Source: a virus. From it: a DNA stretch of 59,635 nucleotides. Each line of letters starts with the position of its first letter. Within the stretch, counting starts at the first letter, position 1. The stretch lies in UHGV virus genome UHGV-0248400; one strand, written 5' to 3'. The notes under the pieces were generated by a model that saw nothing but the letters and a program-made list of their open reading frames with translations, had not been told where the DNA came from and did no database searches. A program made the position numbers and the translations under genes. This document shows positions 16,296-25,655 of this stretch, piece after piece.

Positions 16296-16796
16296 TTAGT
16301 CTGATTTAACGGTAACGCCTGCTGCGTTGAGGACTTTGGCGCAATCCTGAACACCTTGACGGTAACAGTCAGCACGACTCGCGTCTTTCGGTATTACGAT
16401 GAATGAAGTATCTGGCAACTCAACGACTAGTCGATCGTTCTCATAGAAATCAGCAACGCGGTTTAACGCGGCGATCAATGCGTCAACTTCATGTTTGTTT
16501 TCCGGTCCGTTTAACAGTACGCCTTCAACTGAGGGTAGATCGGCAATCGTGGGCCATTTCATTTCGATGAATCGACGCAAATCACTTAAACAATGTGCGA
16601 TATCTTTCATGTTTTGCATTGCTAACGAGTCATAAGTGTTGCGACTGGCTTTCCACATACACCATGCACGAGATAAACGATCGCCATCAGTTTCACGGTA
16701 ATCATCCCCGTGAGTTTGACGTAGATTTTCCAGTACAATTTTCGGTGTCCCATAAACTTTAGAATAACTTTCTTCAAACTGGTCACGACTGTTCAT
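16296..16796 (-). CDS. hypothetical protein (166 aa)
   Basis: Long ORF with an ATG start. Confidence 0.5.
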   Translation of the reverse strand: MNSRDQFEESYSKVYGTPKIVLENLRQTHGDDYRETDGDRLSRAWCMWKASRNTYDSLAMQNMKDIAHCLSDLRRFIEMKWPTIADLPSVEGVLLNGPENKHEVDALIAALNRVADFYENDRLVVELPDTSFIVIPKDASRADCYRQGVQDCAKVLNAAGVTVKSD

Positions 16797-16947
16797 AACT
16801 TGTGCACCTTAAAATTACAGCCTGAATAGCGATGTTTACCGCATAATTTACAGCGGTGTTCCTCAGTGGCGTAATTACGTTCATCCCCATGAATGGTTCT
16901 GAACAGATACCACTGATGTTTGCAAAAAAGACGTCTAATGAAGTTTA

Positions 16948-17175
16948 TTAAAGTTCTGCCTCTACGCTGGTTATCAGTTCACCTTCAGTGACCAAATCAG
17001 AAATGATAAGTGTTAAAAACAAATCTTTTTGATTTTTGAAAAGAAAGCGGTTGACCTCATTAACTATTTCTTTAACTTTCACCTGGTCACAAGGGTTACA
17101 AAATACTGTCATGTTTTTAATACCTTTCTGAACACAACGAATGATTTGTTCAGCTAACAACAAATTACCGTTCAT
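16948..17175 (-). CDS. hypothetical protein (75 aa)
   Basis: ATG start. Confidence 0.45.
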   Translation of the reverse strand: MNGNLLLAEQIIRCVQKGIKNMTVFCNPCDQVKVKEIVNEVNRFLFKNQKDLFLTLIISDLVTEGELITSVEAEL

Positions 17176-17380
17176 ATTTAATCACCCCGTGACCAGGTGC
17201 GAAGCAAACCGTATTACGTTCTTTGAAAACCCATCCGGCTTGCTTTGCCTGTTTCAGACAATCGCGAAAGTTTTCACCAGCGAACCCAGTAACTTTAGTT
17301 GTGGAAAACGAACCTTTGGGTTGATTGCACATTCTACAATCACAGTAAAGGTCCATTGAATACCCGCTAACTACTGGCAT
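17165..17380 (-). CDS. Cys-rich small protein (~71 aa)
   Basis: ATG 17380 with AGAGG SD. CDC..C and C..C motifs. Confidence 0.4.
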   Translation of the reverse strand: MPVVSGYSMDLYCDCRMCNQPKGSFSTTKVTGFAGENFRDCLKQAKQAGWVFKERNTVCFAPGHGVIKYER

Positions 17381-17392
17381 CAGCAACCTCTC

Positions 17393-17572
17393 TTACAGGC
17401 TTTGTATCATTCGAAGTATTACCGGTCTTACCGCAGCGCGTATTTCAAGTAGTGAATATTCAGGAAACAGGCGTTCCATTTCAGACCATACGTCATTGGC
17501 ATTATTTTTAACGCGACAAATACGAACCATCGCTATTTGCATTTCTGCTTCATCATCCTGTCTTTTAGTCAT
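17393..17572 (-). CDS. small protein (~59 aa)
   Basis: ATG with AGAGAGG SD (AGAGGTTGCTGA junction repeated at 17380). The track ORF extends to a TTG at 17680. Confidence 0.35.
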   Translation of the reverse strand: MTKRQDDEAEMQIAMVRICRVKNNANDVWSEMERLFPEYSLLEIRAAVRPVILRMIQSL

Positions 17573-17574
17573 GG

Positions 17575-17757
17575 TCAGCAACCTCTCTTCTGCTGGTATT
17601 CGATTTTGTTCAATGTGTTTTGCACGATCTGCCATGAGCGTAACATGAACAACGCCGCGTATTGTGACAACATGACGCAACGAGGTTGAACACTGTATGC
17701 CTCGATAGTGTCCATATCATCAGGTGTCAGAAGGAAACGCCAAGGTGTGCTATTCAT
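17575..17757 (-). CDS. small protein (~60 aa)
   Basis: ATG with GGAGCGG SD. The track ORF starts at 17790. Confidence 0.35.
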   Translation of the reverse strand: MNSTPWRFLLTPDDMDTIEAYSVQPRCVMLSQYAALFMLRSWQIVQNTLNKIEYQQKRGC

Positions 17758-17944
17758 GTTCAAGCCGCTCCAGCAGTTCGCGGATCTCATGCAGAATGTG
17801 CTGCTTTGTCTGCGTCGTTACACAAACACCATCGGTACGCCCAAACGTGTTCAGGACCGTTTGAAGCGCGTGTTTCAGTTCGATATATTCCGTGACAGGT
17901 ATAGAAACCATCACCACTAATTTTCCGTCAGTGTTAGCCATCAT
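17750..17944 (-). CDS. small protein (~64 aa)
   Basis: ATG 17944 with GTGGGG SD. Confidence 0.4.
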   Translation of the reverse strand: MMANTDGKLVVMVSIPVTEYIELKHALQTVLNTFGRTDGVCVTTQTKQHILHEIRELLERLEHE

Positions 17945-18135
17945 AAACCCCACACGTTAGTTACTAAATCATACAAAACGATAGTTGGGAGAAACACACC
18001 AACCAGAACGATCACGTATATGTGCCATACTCTTTTCGAATGTAACACCAGTGGAATGACAACATAGGTGATAAACAAATAAATAAGTGCGCAAACAATC
18101 ACGGTTACTACTATTTTTCCGGGTAATCCGCTCAT
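17941..18135 (-). CDS. small membrane protein (2 TM, 64 aa)
   Basis: AGGAG SD. Hydrophobic helices. Confidence 0.5.
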   Translation of the reverse strand: MSGLPGKIVVTVIVCALIYLFITYVVIPLVLHSKRVWHIYVIVLVGVFLPTIVLYDLVTNVWGL

Positions 18136-18201
18136 GTTGATTACTCCTGTTCAGTTAATGCTCAAAGCATAGTAGCATTTCTGCAATTGTTAAAACGGCC
18201 A

Positions 18202-18390
18202 TCATAACTCCCATATTAATTTGATGATAAGCCAGAACGCTAATATCATTAGTGAAACGAGAAACGGTCCGTACATAACTTCAAATGAGCGCTTCAGTCG
18301 CCAGACAGCCGGTGTGTAGAAACAGATCACGCCTTGAAATAAACAAACGACAAAAAGAGTTGTTAATATTTTATCTAATAATTCAATCAT
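18202..18390 (-). CDS. small membrane protein (~62 aa, 2 TM)
   Basis: ATG (MIELLDK...). The track extends to a TTG at 18474. Confidence 0.4.
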   Translation of the reverse strand: MIELLDKILTTLFVVCLFQGVICFYTPAVWRLKRSFEVMYGPFLVSLMILAFWLIIKLIWEL

Positions 18391-18542
18391 GTTGGTTACC
18401 CCGTTGTTAGATGGTGCATAGTGTGTGATTTCGTGGAGTGAGTTACGCTTTATACTCACCGTAGCGCCTGACAATAAGCGGTATCTTCAGCCGGACATTA
18501 CCGGGTTACTACATACTTGGTCAGGTATTTTGTCTACGTGTA

Positions 18543-18586
18543 AGACTATAACCGTGCATCTGCAATTCGTCAAGAATTATTTTAAC
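18543..18586 (-). promoter_or_regulatory. conserved promoter copy (-35 TTGACG, 17 bp, -10 TATAGT)
   Basis: Reverse complement of TGCAATTCGTCAAGAATTATTTTAACC. Heads the 13.66-18.47 kb minus-strand cassette. Confidence 0.55.
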
Positions 18587-18647
18587 CGATACCAGCTACG
18601 ATATCCCGTGGTAAACTGTACAGAACTGTTGAAAACGGAACATCACA

Positions 18648-20411
18648 ATGAATAAATTCGCTGGCAACATTCACAAGTACCCGCGCTGGCGGGACGCTTA
18701 CGCAGAAGATGAACGGATCTGGCGCAAAGGTGAACCACGGCCTGATTATCGTCAGTGTTACATCGACCGTATCAACCTGATAAACCGTATGCGCACCGAT
18801 CGGGCAATCATCCCGGTACTGAAAAAGTATTACGAAACTAACCCAGTGGCGTTCATCCTCGACTGGGCGTTTACCTACGATCCGCGTAACGTTGGTACGG
18901 AATTTCCGCCGAACATGCCGTTCTGTCTGTTTGAGCGTCAGATCGATATGATTCAGTTCGTTTATGAAGCGCTCGAAGATAAAGAAAAAGGATTGTGGGA
19001 AAAATCCCGCGATTATGGCGCAACGTGGGTTGCCTGCGGGTTATCCGTGTGGGCGTGGCTCTATCGTCCCGGTTCGTCGGTTGGCTGGGGGTCACGTAAA
19101 GAAACGCTCGTTGATAAACTGGGGGATCCTGACAGTATTTTTGAAAAAATCCGCCAGATTATCCGCGCTCTGCCTCCTGAATTACGCCCGGTTGGTTACC
19201 GTGAAAAAGATCACCTGACGTTCATGAAATGTATCAACCCGGAAAACGGTGCAACAATTACTGGTGAGGCCGGGGATAACATCGGGCGCGGTGGTCGTAA
19301 GTCAATTTATTTTCTCGATGAGGCTGCACACGTTGATCGCCCTGAACTGATCGAAGCGTCATTGTCAGCTAACACCAACGTTCGTATCGATATCAGTTCT
19401 GTTAACGGTGTCGGTAACGTTTTTTATCGTAACCGTAAAGCAGGCATTGAATGGGAGCCGGGTAAGAAAATACCCCGTGGTAAATTGCGCGTCATGGTTC
19501 TGGACTGGCGCGATCACCCGGCGAAAGATGATGAATGGTATAAACGAGAAAAACAGTCATTCGCTGAAAAAGGTTTACAGCATATTTTCGCACAGGAAGT
19601 TGACCGCGATTATGCTGCAGCCGTTCAGGGTGTACTCATTAAAGCTGAATGGGCGCGGGCCGCATTCGATGCGTTCAAAGATATCGCGTGGCGTAAAGCA
19701 AACGGTCTGCTTGCACCAGCAGGTAAACGCATTGCCGGGCAGGATGCCGCAGACGGTGGTGAAGATGCGAGCGCGCTGGTCGTTGCTCATGGTGTATTTA
19801 TCACGCATCTACAACTTGACCACCGCAGCGCAGAACTGGCCGCACCTGGTATGCTGAATGCTGCGAACATGATCGGTGTTGATGAATACTGGTATGAAGT
19901 GAACGGCGTTGGTGCTGGCGTTAAAGTAGCGGCTAACGATCGTAAGGATACGTTGCGGTTCCGTGTTCGTCCGTGGTTACCGAACGGAAAAGTAGTCAAT
20001 CCTGGCGGTGATATTATTGGCGGAACGATACCGGGCGATAAAGACCGTAAAACAAACAAAGATTATTTCAGCAACTATAAAGCACAGGCATCATGGGCGC
20101 TGCGTATGCGTTGTCAGAGAATTTATAAATGGTATGTCGAAGGTCAACCACAGGATCCTGATGAGATTATTCTGATTGATCCCGGACTAGAAAACGCGCA
20201 GCGTCTGGAGGCCGAATTGTGCCAACCAACGTATAGCACTAATGGTGCGGGGAAAATCGTTATTGATAAAAAACCAAATGGTTCTAAATCACCTAACTTT
20301 TTCGACGCAACCGTTATTGCTACATCACCGAAGCGCGTAGAATTCGAGGAAGAAGCGTTTACAGGTACAGTAAACGCTGTTGGAACACCAGATTACGGGA
20401 GTATATTCTAA
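18648..20411 (+). CDS. terminase large subunit
   Basis: 587 aa. The ATPase region precedes an RNaseH-like nuclease region. Confidence 0.85.
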   Translation: MNKFAGNIHKYPRWRDAYAEDERIWRKGEPRPDYRQCYIDRINLINRMRTDRAIIPVLKKYYETNPVAFILDWAFTYDPRNVGTEFPPNMPFCLFERQIDMIQFVYEALEDKEKGLWEKSRDYGATWVACGLSVWAWLYRPGSSVGWGSRKETLVDKLGDPDSIFEKIRQIIRALPPELRPVGYREKDHLTFMKCINPENGATITGEAGDNIGRGGRKSIYFLDEAAHVDRPELIEASLSANTNVRIDISSVNGVGNVFYRNRKAGIEWEPGKKIPRGKLRVMVLDWRDHPAKDDEWYKREKQSFAEKGLQHIFAQEVDRDYAAAVQGVLIKAEWARAAFDAFKDIAWRKANGLLAPAGKRIAGQDAADGGEDASALVVAHGVFITHLQLDHRSAELAAPGMLNAANMIGVDEYWYEVNGVGAGVKVAANDRKDTLRFRVRPWLPNGKVVNPGGDIIGGTIPGDKDRKTNKDYFSNYKAQASWALRMRCQRIYKWYVEGQPQDPDEIILIDPGLENAQRLEAELCQPTYSTNGAGKIVIDKKPNGSKSPNFFDATVIATSPKRVEFEEEAFTGTVNAVGTPDYGSIF

Positions 20412-21115
20412 TGACCACGCTAACACTCTTGAGTAGTGAAACCAGTGACGATTTATTGACCAAAATCAACGATGCATTGAGTGATGGTAAATTTCTTTAC
20501 GGTACAACAACAGTTTTACCGGGTGAGAGTCATAACCCGGTGCGTTTTTTCCAGTATGTCAGCGATATTGATATTACCAGCGGGGCAAGCGCTTATGATA
20601 TCTGGCTACAGCAGGGTAACACAGGAAGTGAACAGGATTTTCTGGATAGTCTACAGGGTGCATCCTACGTGCGCCAGAAATCAGAGGTGACCTGGTCGGG
20701 TATCTCACTGGTTATTCCAACCGGATCGCCGATCAACCTGATTAACGCACTGAAAGCGCTCACCCCCAGCGGTGGTACGTTAGCGCCATTCTTCAACACC
20801 ACTGACAACAAACTGCACGTATTCAACCAGAACATGACGGTTAATTTTAAACTTAACCTGATTGGTTCGTGGGCAGGATCAACCGAAAACCGCAGCATGA
20901 CCTTAAATTTTGTTGGCACAACGGGTAACACACTGACTTATTCACGAGATAGTAGCGTGACCAGTGATAATGTATCGTTCAGAACGTTCCTGAGTATCGA
21001 CCAGGATGGGAATATTGCAACGAACGGTACAGAGTTGACGATCGTCAGTAACGGTGCCGCGTTTACCGCCACACAGGTGTTATTGATTGCTGAACAGCTT
21101 GTGCCGACTCCTTAA
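20411..21115 (+). CDS. fibre-like protein carrying the conserved phage tail-fibre motif SAYDIWLQQGNTGSEQDFLDSL
   Basis: The motif GxSAYxIWLxxGNTGxExDFL is widespread in phage tail and head fibre proteins. ATGA overlap with terL. Confidence 0.45.
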   Translation: MTTLTLLSSETSDDLLTKINDALSDGKFLYGTTTVLPGESHNPVRFFQYVSDIDITSGASAYDIWLQQGNTGSEQDFLDSLQGASYVRQKSEVTWSGISLVIPTGSPINLINALKALTPSGGTLAPFFNTTDNKLHVFNQNMTVNFKLNLIGSWAGSTENRSMTLNFVGTTGNTLTYSRDSSVTSDNVSFRTFLSIDQDGNIATNGTELTIVSNGAAFTATQVLLIAEQLVPTP

Positions 21116-21123
21116 AATGAACA

Positions 21124-21147
21124 GCCCCGTTACTCCGGGGCGTTTTC
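21124..21147 (+). terminator. rho-independent terminator (GCCCCGTTACTCCGGGGCGTTTTC)
   Basis: GC stem followed by a T-run. Confidence 0.55.
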
Positions 21148-21299
21148 GTCGCGGTAAACGTCAGCGCAGCCGTATTTATTTTCAGGATGATACAACAGTT
21201 CAACTTTCAATGCTGCCTGACACTCAGCCCAGGTAAGAACGTTATCTGTCACTGGTTCAATTGAAGAACCGTTTAAAACCAGTACCAATACATAACCGA

Positions 21300-21626
21300 T
21301 CAGCATTTTTTGAGAGTCTCCCGCCAGTCCAGACCATGAAGGTTTACGGATCCAAGAAAATGATGACTGGAACTTTGTAACCAGACATCATTTTTCATTT
21401 CTGGTTCCCGCAGATAAGAAAACACACTACCGTTTCGATCTGTCGCAATAAAACTGTGACTTTTTGGAACCATTAAAACAGTACCAAAATAATTAACCGC
21501 TTTATGTTCTGCGATTGATTCAAATGTCATTTTACAGTCCGGCGCTTCCTCGTGGATATCCCACGACTTACCGCAATGCGAACACTGGTATTCATCATTG
21601 CAGCGAATAGCGTTTACATGGTTCAT
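21300..21626 (-). CDS. Cys-rich protein (108 aa)
   Basis: C..C...C..C at the N-terminus. Confidence 0.45.
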   Translation of the reverse strand: MNHVNAIRCNDEYQCSHCGKSWDIHEEAPDCKMTFESIAEHKAVNYFGTVLMVPKSHSFIATDRNGSVFSYLREPEMKNDVWLQSSSHHFLGSVNLHGLDWRETLKKC

Positions 21627-21937
21627 TATTCAACCTCTCTGATTTGTTCACCTATGATCCGTTTCAAACGAGTGAGGCGGCGACACTGATTTATAAAGGC
21701 ACCATTTGACCATGGCTGACTAAAACGACCAGTTGACACGGGATTCATAAGACCGGGAATTGTCACTGAAGCATCTGCCGTGACCCGCTCACTTTCGCGA
21801 TCATAACTAATTTCAATGTTAAGACCGTTATCAGGATTGAACATATGGCAACCTGTCTCAGTACCTGTTCCCATATAGTGAGCCATGCACGTCATACCCT
21901 GAACTGTCAGAAATTGTTTATACTGCTCGTAAGTCAT
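21626..21937 (-). CDS. hypothetical protein (103 aa)
   Basis: ATGA coupling. Confidence 0.45.
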   Translation of the reverse strand: MTYEQYKQFLTVQGMTCMAHYMGTGTETGCHMFNPDNGLNIEISYDRESERVTADASVTIPGLMNPVSTGRFSQPWSNGAFINQCRRLTRLKRIIGEQIREVE

Positions 21938-22140
21938 TTCACAGTCTCCGGGTATCCGAGTAACTTAACCAGACGATAATAACGTTTCCATCTCGCCTGA
22001 CCGATATTTAATTTATGGGCGCGGCAATATGTCCCGCATTTACTGAAATACTGGCGTTTATGATTGCTGATGTTCACGGTGTGCGTATAACCATCGCGAA
22101 CATCAATGAGTAGTAACCGCGCCTGACGATTATTTTTCAT
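21934..22140 (-). CDS. hypothetical protein (~68 aa)
   Basis: ATG 22140 with GGAGA SD. Confidence 0.4.
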   Translation of the reverse strand: MKNNRQARLLLIDVRDGYTHTVNISNHKRQYFSKCGTYCRAHKLNIGQARWKRYYRLVKLLGYPETVK

Positions 22141-22448
22141 TCTACAGTCTCCGGTACAAACCATTGGGAGGCCAGATAAGCGCACCCGGCGATCTTGTGC
22201 TCGTGTTTCGGTTCGAAATTACCCAGAATCACTCTAAGGTGCATGTGAGCATCTTTGAAGTTCACACCTTGTACAGCGACTGCGTAATTTTCCAGACCTT
22301 TGAAAAACCATTTGCTGATCCACTTGTTCCACGGGTTAGAGTCTTGGAAAAACTCTTTCGGGATATCTTTCATGGCCGGGAGAAAAGTAGCAAGGTTTTT
22401 TGGACCAAAAGCGATATCGGCTTTAGTAATATTTTCGATCGGTTTCAT
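22137..22448 (-). CDS. hypothetical protein (103 aa)
   Basis: ATG start, first gene downstream of the promoter. Confidence 0.5.
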   Translation of the reverse strand: MKPIENITKADIAFGPKNLATFLPAMKDIPKEFFQDSNPWNKWISKWFFKGLENYAVAVQGVNFKDAHMHLRVILGNFEPKHEHKIAGCAYLASQWFVPETVE

Positions 22449-22479
22449 TTCGTTTACTACTCCTGTTCAGTTGATATTG

Positions 22480-22523
22480 AAAGCCTAACCGTACATCTGC
22501 AATCCGTCAAGAATTATTTTAAC
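22480..22523 (-). promoter_or_regulatory. conserved promoter copy (-35 TTGACG, 17 bp, -10 TAGGCT)
   Basis: Reverse complement of TGCAATCCGTCAAGAATTATTTTAACCCC. Confidence 0.5.
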
Positions 22524-22572
22524 CCCGTGCAAAACTAACCCGCCTGATATAACATACGTTAAGAATAAACCC

Positions 22573-23940
22573 GTGGAGCCTGTGAAGATGGCAGATGACC
22601 AATTTGAACAACTAGCCGTTGCCGGATACAGTCGCACAGGCAACCAGGTTAATGACGACTTTTTACCTAAACTCAACGGTAAACAGGGTCGTCGTATCCT
22701 TCGCCAGATGGCAGAGAACGACGAAACGATCGGTGGTGTACTGTTCGCCATGAACAGCGTTTATCGTTCCGTACAGTGGATTTTTGACCCGTCTGATAAA
22801 GAAGATCCGCAAGCTGTTAAATACGCTCAATGGCTGCAGAATGCTATTGAAAACCAGATGGGTGATCCACAGGGTGCGTTACCTGATGATACCTGGTCAG
22901 CATTCGTTCAGACCTGGACCGATACCGATGTTTTCGGCTGGGGATGGTATGACGTCTGGGTTAAAGATTTACCCGATGGTTCCGTGGGTATCGCCCGTCT
23001 CGTTCCGGTTGCGGCTGAAACGCTCGACGGCTGGGAGATTGAAGAACCGACAGGCTATGTCACGGGTATTCATCAGCGTCAGCCGTCAACCAATATCAGC
23101 AAACTGATCCCCCGGTCACGATCGCTGCATCTGATTTCATCACCGAACAAAGGTAACCCGGAAGGCTTATCACTGCTGCGCACAGCATATCGCCCGTGGT
23201 ATTACAAAAAAGTTCATCTGGAAATCGAAGCAATTCTGGCAGAACGTGGAACAGGTTTCCCGGTCATTACCGTTAACCCTGACATTAAAAAAGCGGCTAA
23301 CGATCCGACGCTGTCTGAACAGCAACGTCAGTTAGCACAGGCAATGATAGATGAATTTGAAAACATCGCGGCTAATATTAAGCGTAATGAACAGTCTGGT
23401 CTGGTGATTTACTCAAAACCGTATATCACCGGGTTTGATAACGAAACAGGGGTGACGACATACGGCGGTGAACAACAGGTTAAACTGGAATTCCTGACGC
23501 CTGAACAGTCTAACGCCGTGGATATCGACCGCACGATTAAGCGTCTCGATACCAGTATTGCCCGTGCGCTACTGGCTGACTTTATGTTTTTCGGCACAGG
23601 TGGCAACACAGGGAACCAGGCGAACCTGGGAAGCCGGACTGAACTGTGGATCCGTGCGATGCAGTCGCGTATCGATAGCAACGTTGAATGTATTAACCGT
23701 CAGTTAATCCCGCAGTTATGGAAACTGAATGCATTCCCGGATGAATATAAACCAACGCTACGCGCAGGCTCAATCAGTAAAGACAGTATTGAAACACTGA
23801 CCACCGCGCTTACACGTCTGGCACAGGCTGGCGCGCCAGTATTCCCGGATCCTGTACTTCAGGAATTCGTGTATAAAGAGGCGGGATTACCAACAGCGGG
23901 AATTGATAAAACTGGTGACGGTTTACCATCTATTGATTAA
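22573..23940 (+). CDS. portal protein
   Basis: 455 aa. Size and position between terL and head morphogenesis. Confidence 0.75.
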   Translation: MEPVKMADDQFEQLAVAGYSRTGNQVNDDFLPKLNGKQGRRILRQMAENDETIGGVLFAMNSVYRSVQWIFDPSDKEDPQAVKYAQWLQNAIENQMGDPQGALPDDTWSAFVQTWTDTDVFGWGWYDVWVKDLPDGSVGIARLVPVAAETLDGWEIEEPTGYVTGIHQRQPSTNISKLIPRSRSLHLISSPNKGNPEGLSLLRTAYRPWYYKKVHLEIEAILAERGTGFPVITVNPDIKKAANDPTLSEQQRQLAQAMIDEFENIAANIKRNEQSGLVIYSKPYITGFDNETGVTTYGGEQQVKLEFLTPEQSNAVDIDRTIKRLDTSIARALLADFMFFGTGGNTGNQANLGSRTELWIRAMQSRIDSNVECINRQLIPQLWKLNAFPDEYKPTLRAGSISKDSIETLTTALTRLAQAGAPVFPDPVLQEFVYKEAGLPTAGIDKTGDGLPSID

Positions 23941-23942
23941 AT

Positions 23943-23972
23943 AAAAAAGGGGTCTATAACAGACCCCAAAAC
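23943..23972. terminator. hairpin terminator (GGGGTCTATAACAGACCCC), U-run on minus strand
   Basis: Stem with an A-run on the 5' side and a T-run on the minus-strand 3' side. Between the portal gene and the convergent minus cassette. Confidence 0.5.
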
Positions 23973-24039
23973 ACCAACGACCAGAACAGAATTAATATGA
24001 TTGCCATCAGTGAATAAACTTTCTGGTTGTATGTCATGA

Positions 24040-24375
24040 TCACCCCACATAATTTGCAACTATTTGATCGCAGTCGTCCGTGTTGCGGGCCAGTCGATAA
24101 ATTTCAGAAGCAACCTGTGACCGATAATACATATCGACGTTGTAATTATTGGTCACGTAGTTATAAGCCGCTTCGTAACTGCCGAACATTTTGTGATTGC
24201 TCACAACTTCTTTTTTCACTGAACCATTCAGCAACCAGCCGATCAACAACAGTATTGCACCGATGCCAGGACTGGTTAAAACCGCAATGAAGAACCAGGT
24301 TCCGGGGTTACGCCCGGTACGTTTGGCAAAGGCACCAACCAGAGCGCTAAACAGGATCCACAGGATTACGAACAT
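24040..24375 (-). CDS. small inner-membrane protein (2 TM, ~111 aa)
   Basis: AAGGAG SD before ATG 24375. Hydrophobic N-terminal half. Confidence 0.5.
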   Translation of the reverse strand: MFVILWILFSALVGAFAKRTGRNPGTWFFIAVLTSPGIGAILLLIGWLLNGSVKKEVVSNHKMFGSYEAAYNYVTNNYNVDMYYRSQVASEIYRLARNTDDCDQIVANYVG

Positions 24376-24404
24376 TTTCAAATCTCCTTAATCAGTTGTT
24401 GAGT

Positions 24405-24448
24405 TAACAGTACACGTCCATGTGTAATCCGTCAAGAATTATTTTGAA
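24405..24448 (-). promoter_or_regulatory. conserved promoter copy (-35 TTGACG, 17 bp, -10 TACTGT)
   Basis: Reverse complement of GTGTAATCCGTCAAGAATTATTTTG. Confidence 0.45.
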
Positions 24449-24699
24449 ACGTCGAATACTGGCGGAACACCCATTGCAGCCATAACCCGCCGCTGTTCGT
24501 ACTCCTGACGCAGTTTTTGCAACTTCTCTATACCGATATCACAACCCCGGATTATATCGTCACACAGGTCAGTATAACTTGCATCAGCTTGTGGCGTGGT
24601 TCGCGGATAGTCAACCAGTGACGGATCCGTAATGATAACTTTCGGGAGAAACGCCACCACATCCCCGACGCCGTTTTTCATGATGGTCATGAGTCGCAC
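24439..24699 (-). CDS. hypothetical protein (86 aa)
   Basis: ORF of 86 aa with an uncertain start. Confidence 0.4.
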   Translation of the reverse strand: MRLMTIMKNGVGDVVAFLPKVIITDPSLVDYPRTTPQADASYTDLCDDIIRGCDIGIEKLQKLRQEYEQRRVMAAMGVPPVFDVSK

Positions 24700-25283
24700 C
24701 CGTGATAAAGTTCCTGACCCGGTTCAACTTTAGACCCGCAACACTGGCAAACCAAACGGTATTCGAAACCAGGTGCTGCACAGTGCTTACGGTAACCAGC
24801 GTCGTAAAGTTCCCGGCATGCATAGATAACAGTGGTCATGTTATAATTAGTGACCGATCCGAGCATTTCTTTAACAACAGTTTCACGTTCATCAGGCAGT
24901 GGTTTGAAATCGTCGTCGTTAACCAGAAACGATTCAGAACCGTCTTCAGGCTTAACCCACACTTCGTTACCGTTGACGCCCAGTACGTTAACAGTGGTCC
25001 ATTCGTTGCCGTTATTCCACTGGCAGACTGTACCGACAGTTGGTAGCCCTTGACCGTCCCACACTTCGAACACCTCGATCAGTTCGCGCTGTGCGATGAT
25101 AGGCATCCCACCCATACCATCATAACCTGTTTCTCTCTGATTACCCTTGTTTTGCCAACGACCAAGACCTATTACCTGCTCGTAAAATACAAGACACCAG
25201 GATCCTTGACATACACTAAGCGCCCAGTCTGGCGCACCTTCAAAATCTGCTTCAGAACCTGTGATATATTTCCACTGTTTCAT
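24687..25283 (-). CDS. hypothetical protein (198 aa, C-terminal Cys cluster)
   Basis: ATG start. Confidence 0.5.
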   Translation of the reverse strand: MKQWKYITGSEADFEGAPDWALSVCQGSWCLVFYEQVIGLGRWQNKGNQRETGYDGMGGMPIIAQRELIEVFEVWDGQGLPTVGTVCQWNNGNEWTTVNVLGVNGNEVWVKPEDGSESFLVNDDDFKPLPDERETVVKEMLGSVTNYNMTTVIYACRELYDAGYRKHCAAPGFEYRLVCQCCGSKVEPGQELYHGCDS

Positions 25284-25286
25284 AAG

Positions 25287-25655
25287 TTATTTCCTCACCG
25301 GGCACCAGTGGTTGAACACTGATGGATCAAGACCACCAACTATTGCCGCACATTTTGTAATCACACCGCGCGTATATTTTTCACGGTCTGTTACTGGTTT
25401 ACTACCCACGTAAATGCTGGCTTTATATCGGTTGTTAACATCTGCGAAAATTTGATTACCGTTATCGCAGATACGCATCTGACACTCAACCATCAAACTG
25501 AAAGCATCAGCGTTATTGATAAGCGGGTTCCACAAACGACCACCACCGATATCGATCCCTTCGTTTACGTCGCGCTCGCCATACGCGATATAGTATTTAC
25601 CCTCAATTTCACCAGCGCGGGCCGCATTGATTAGCAATTCACGATTAGTCATCAT
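25287..25655 (-). CDS. hypothetical protein (122 aa)
   Basis: ATG start. Confidence 0.5.
   Translation of the reverse strand: MMTNRELLINAARAGEIEGKYYIAYGERDVNEGIDIGGGRLWNPLINNADAFSLMVECQMRICDNGNQIFADVNNRYKASIYVGSKPVTDREKYTRGVITKCAAIVGGLDPSVFNHWCPVRK

Noticed and set aside
23943-23972. Hairpin after portal as a + strand terminator
   Set aside because: The 3' side on the + strand is AAAACA, not a U-run. It is a convincing terminator only for the minus-strand cassette, and was recorded as such.
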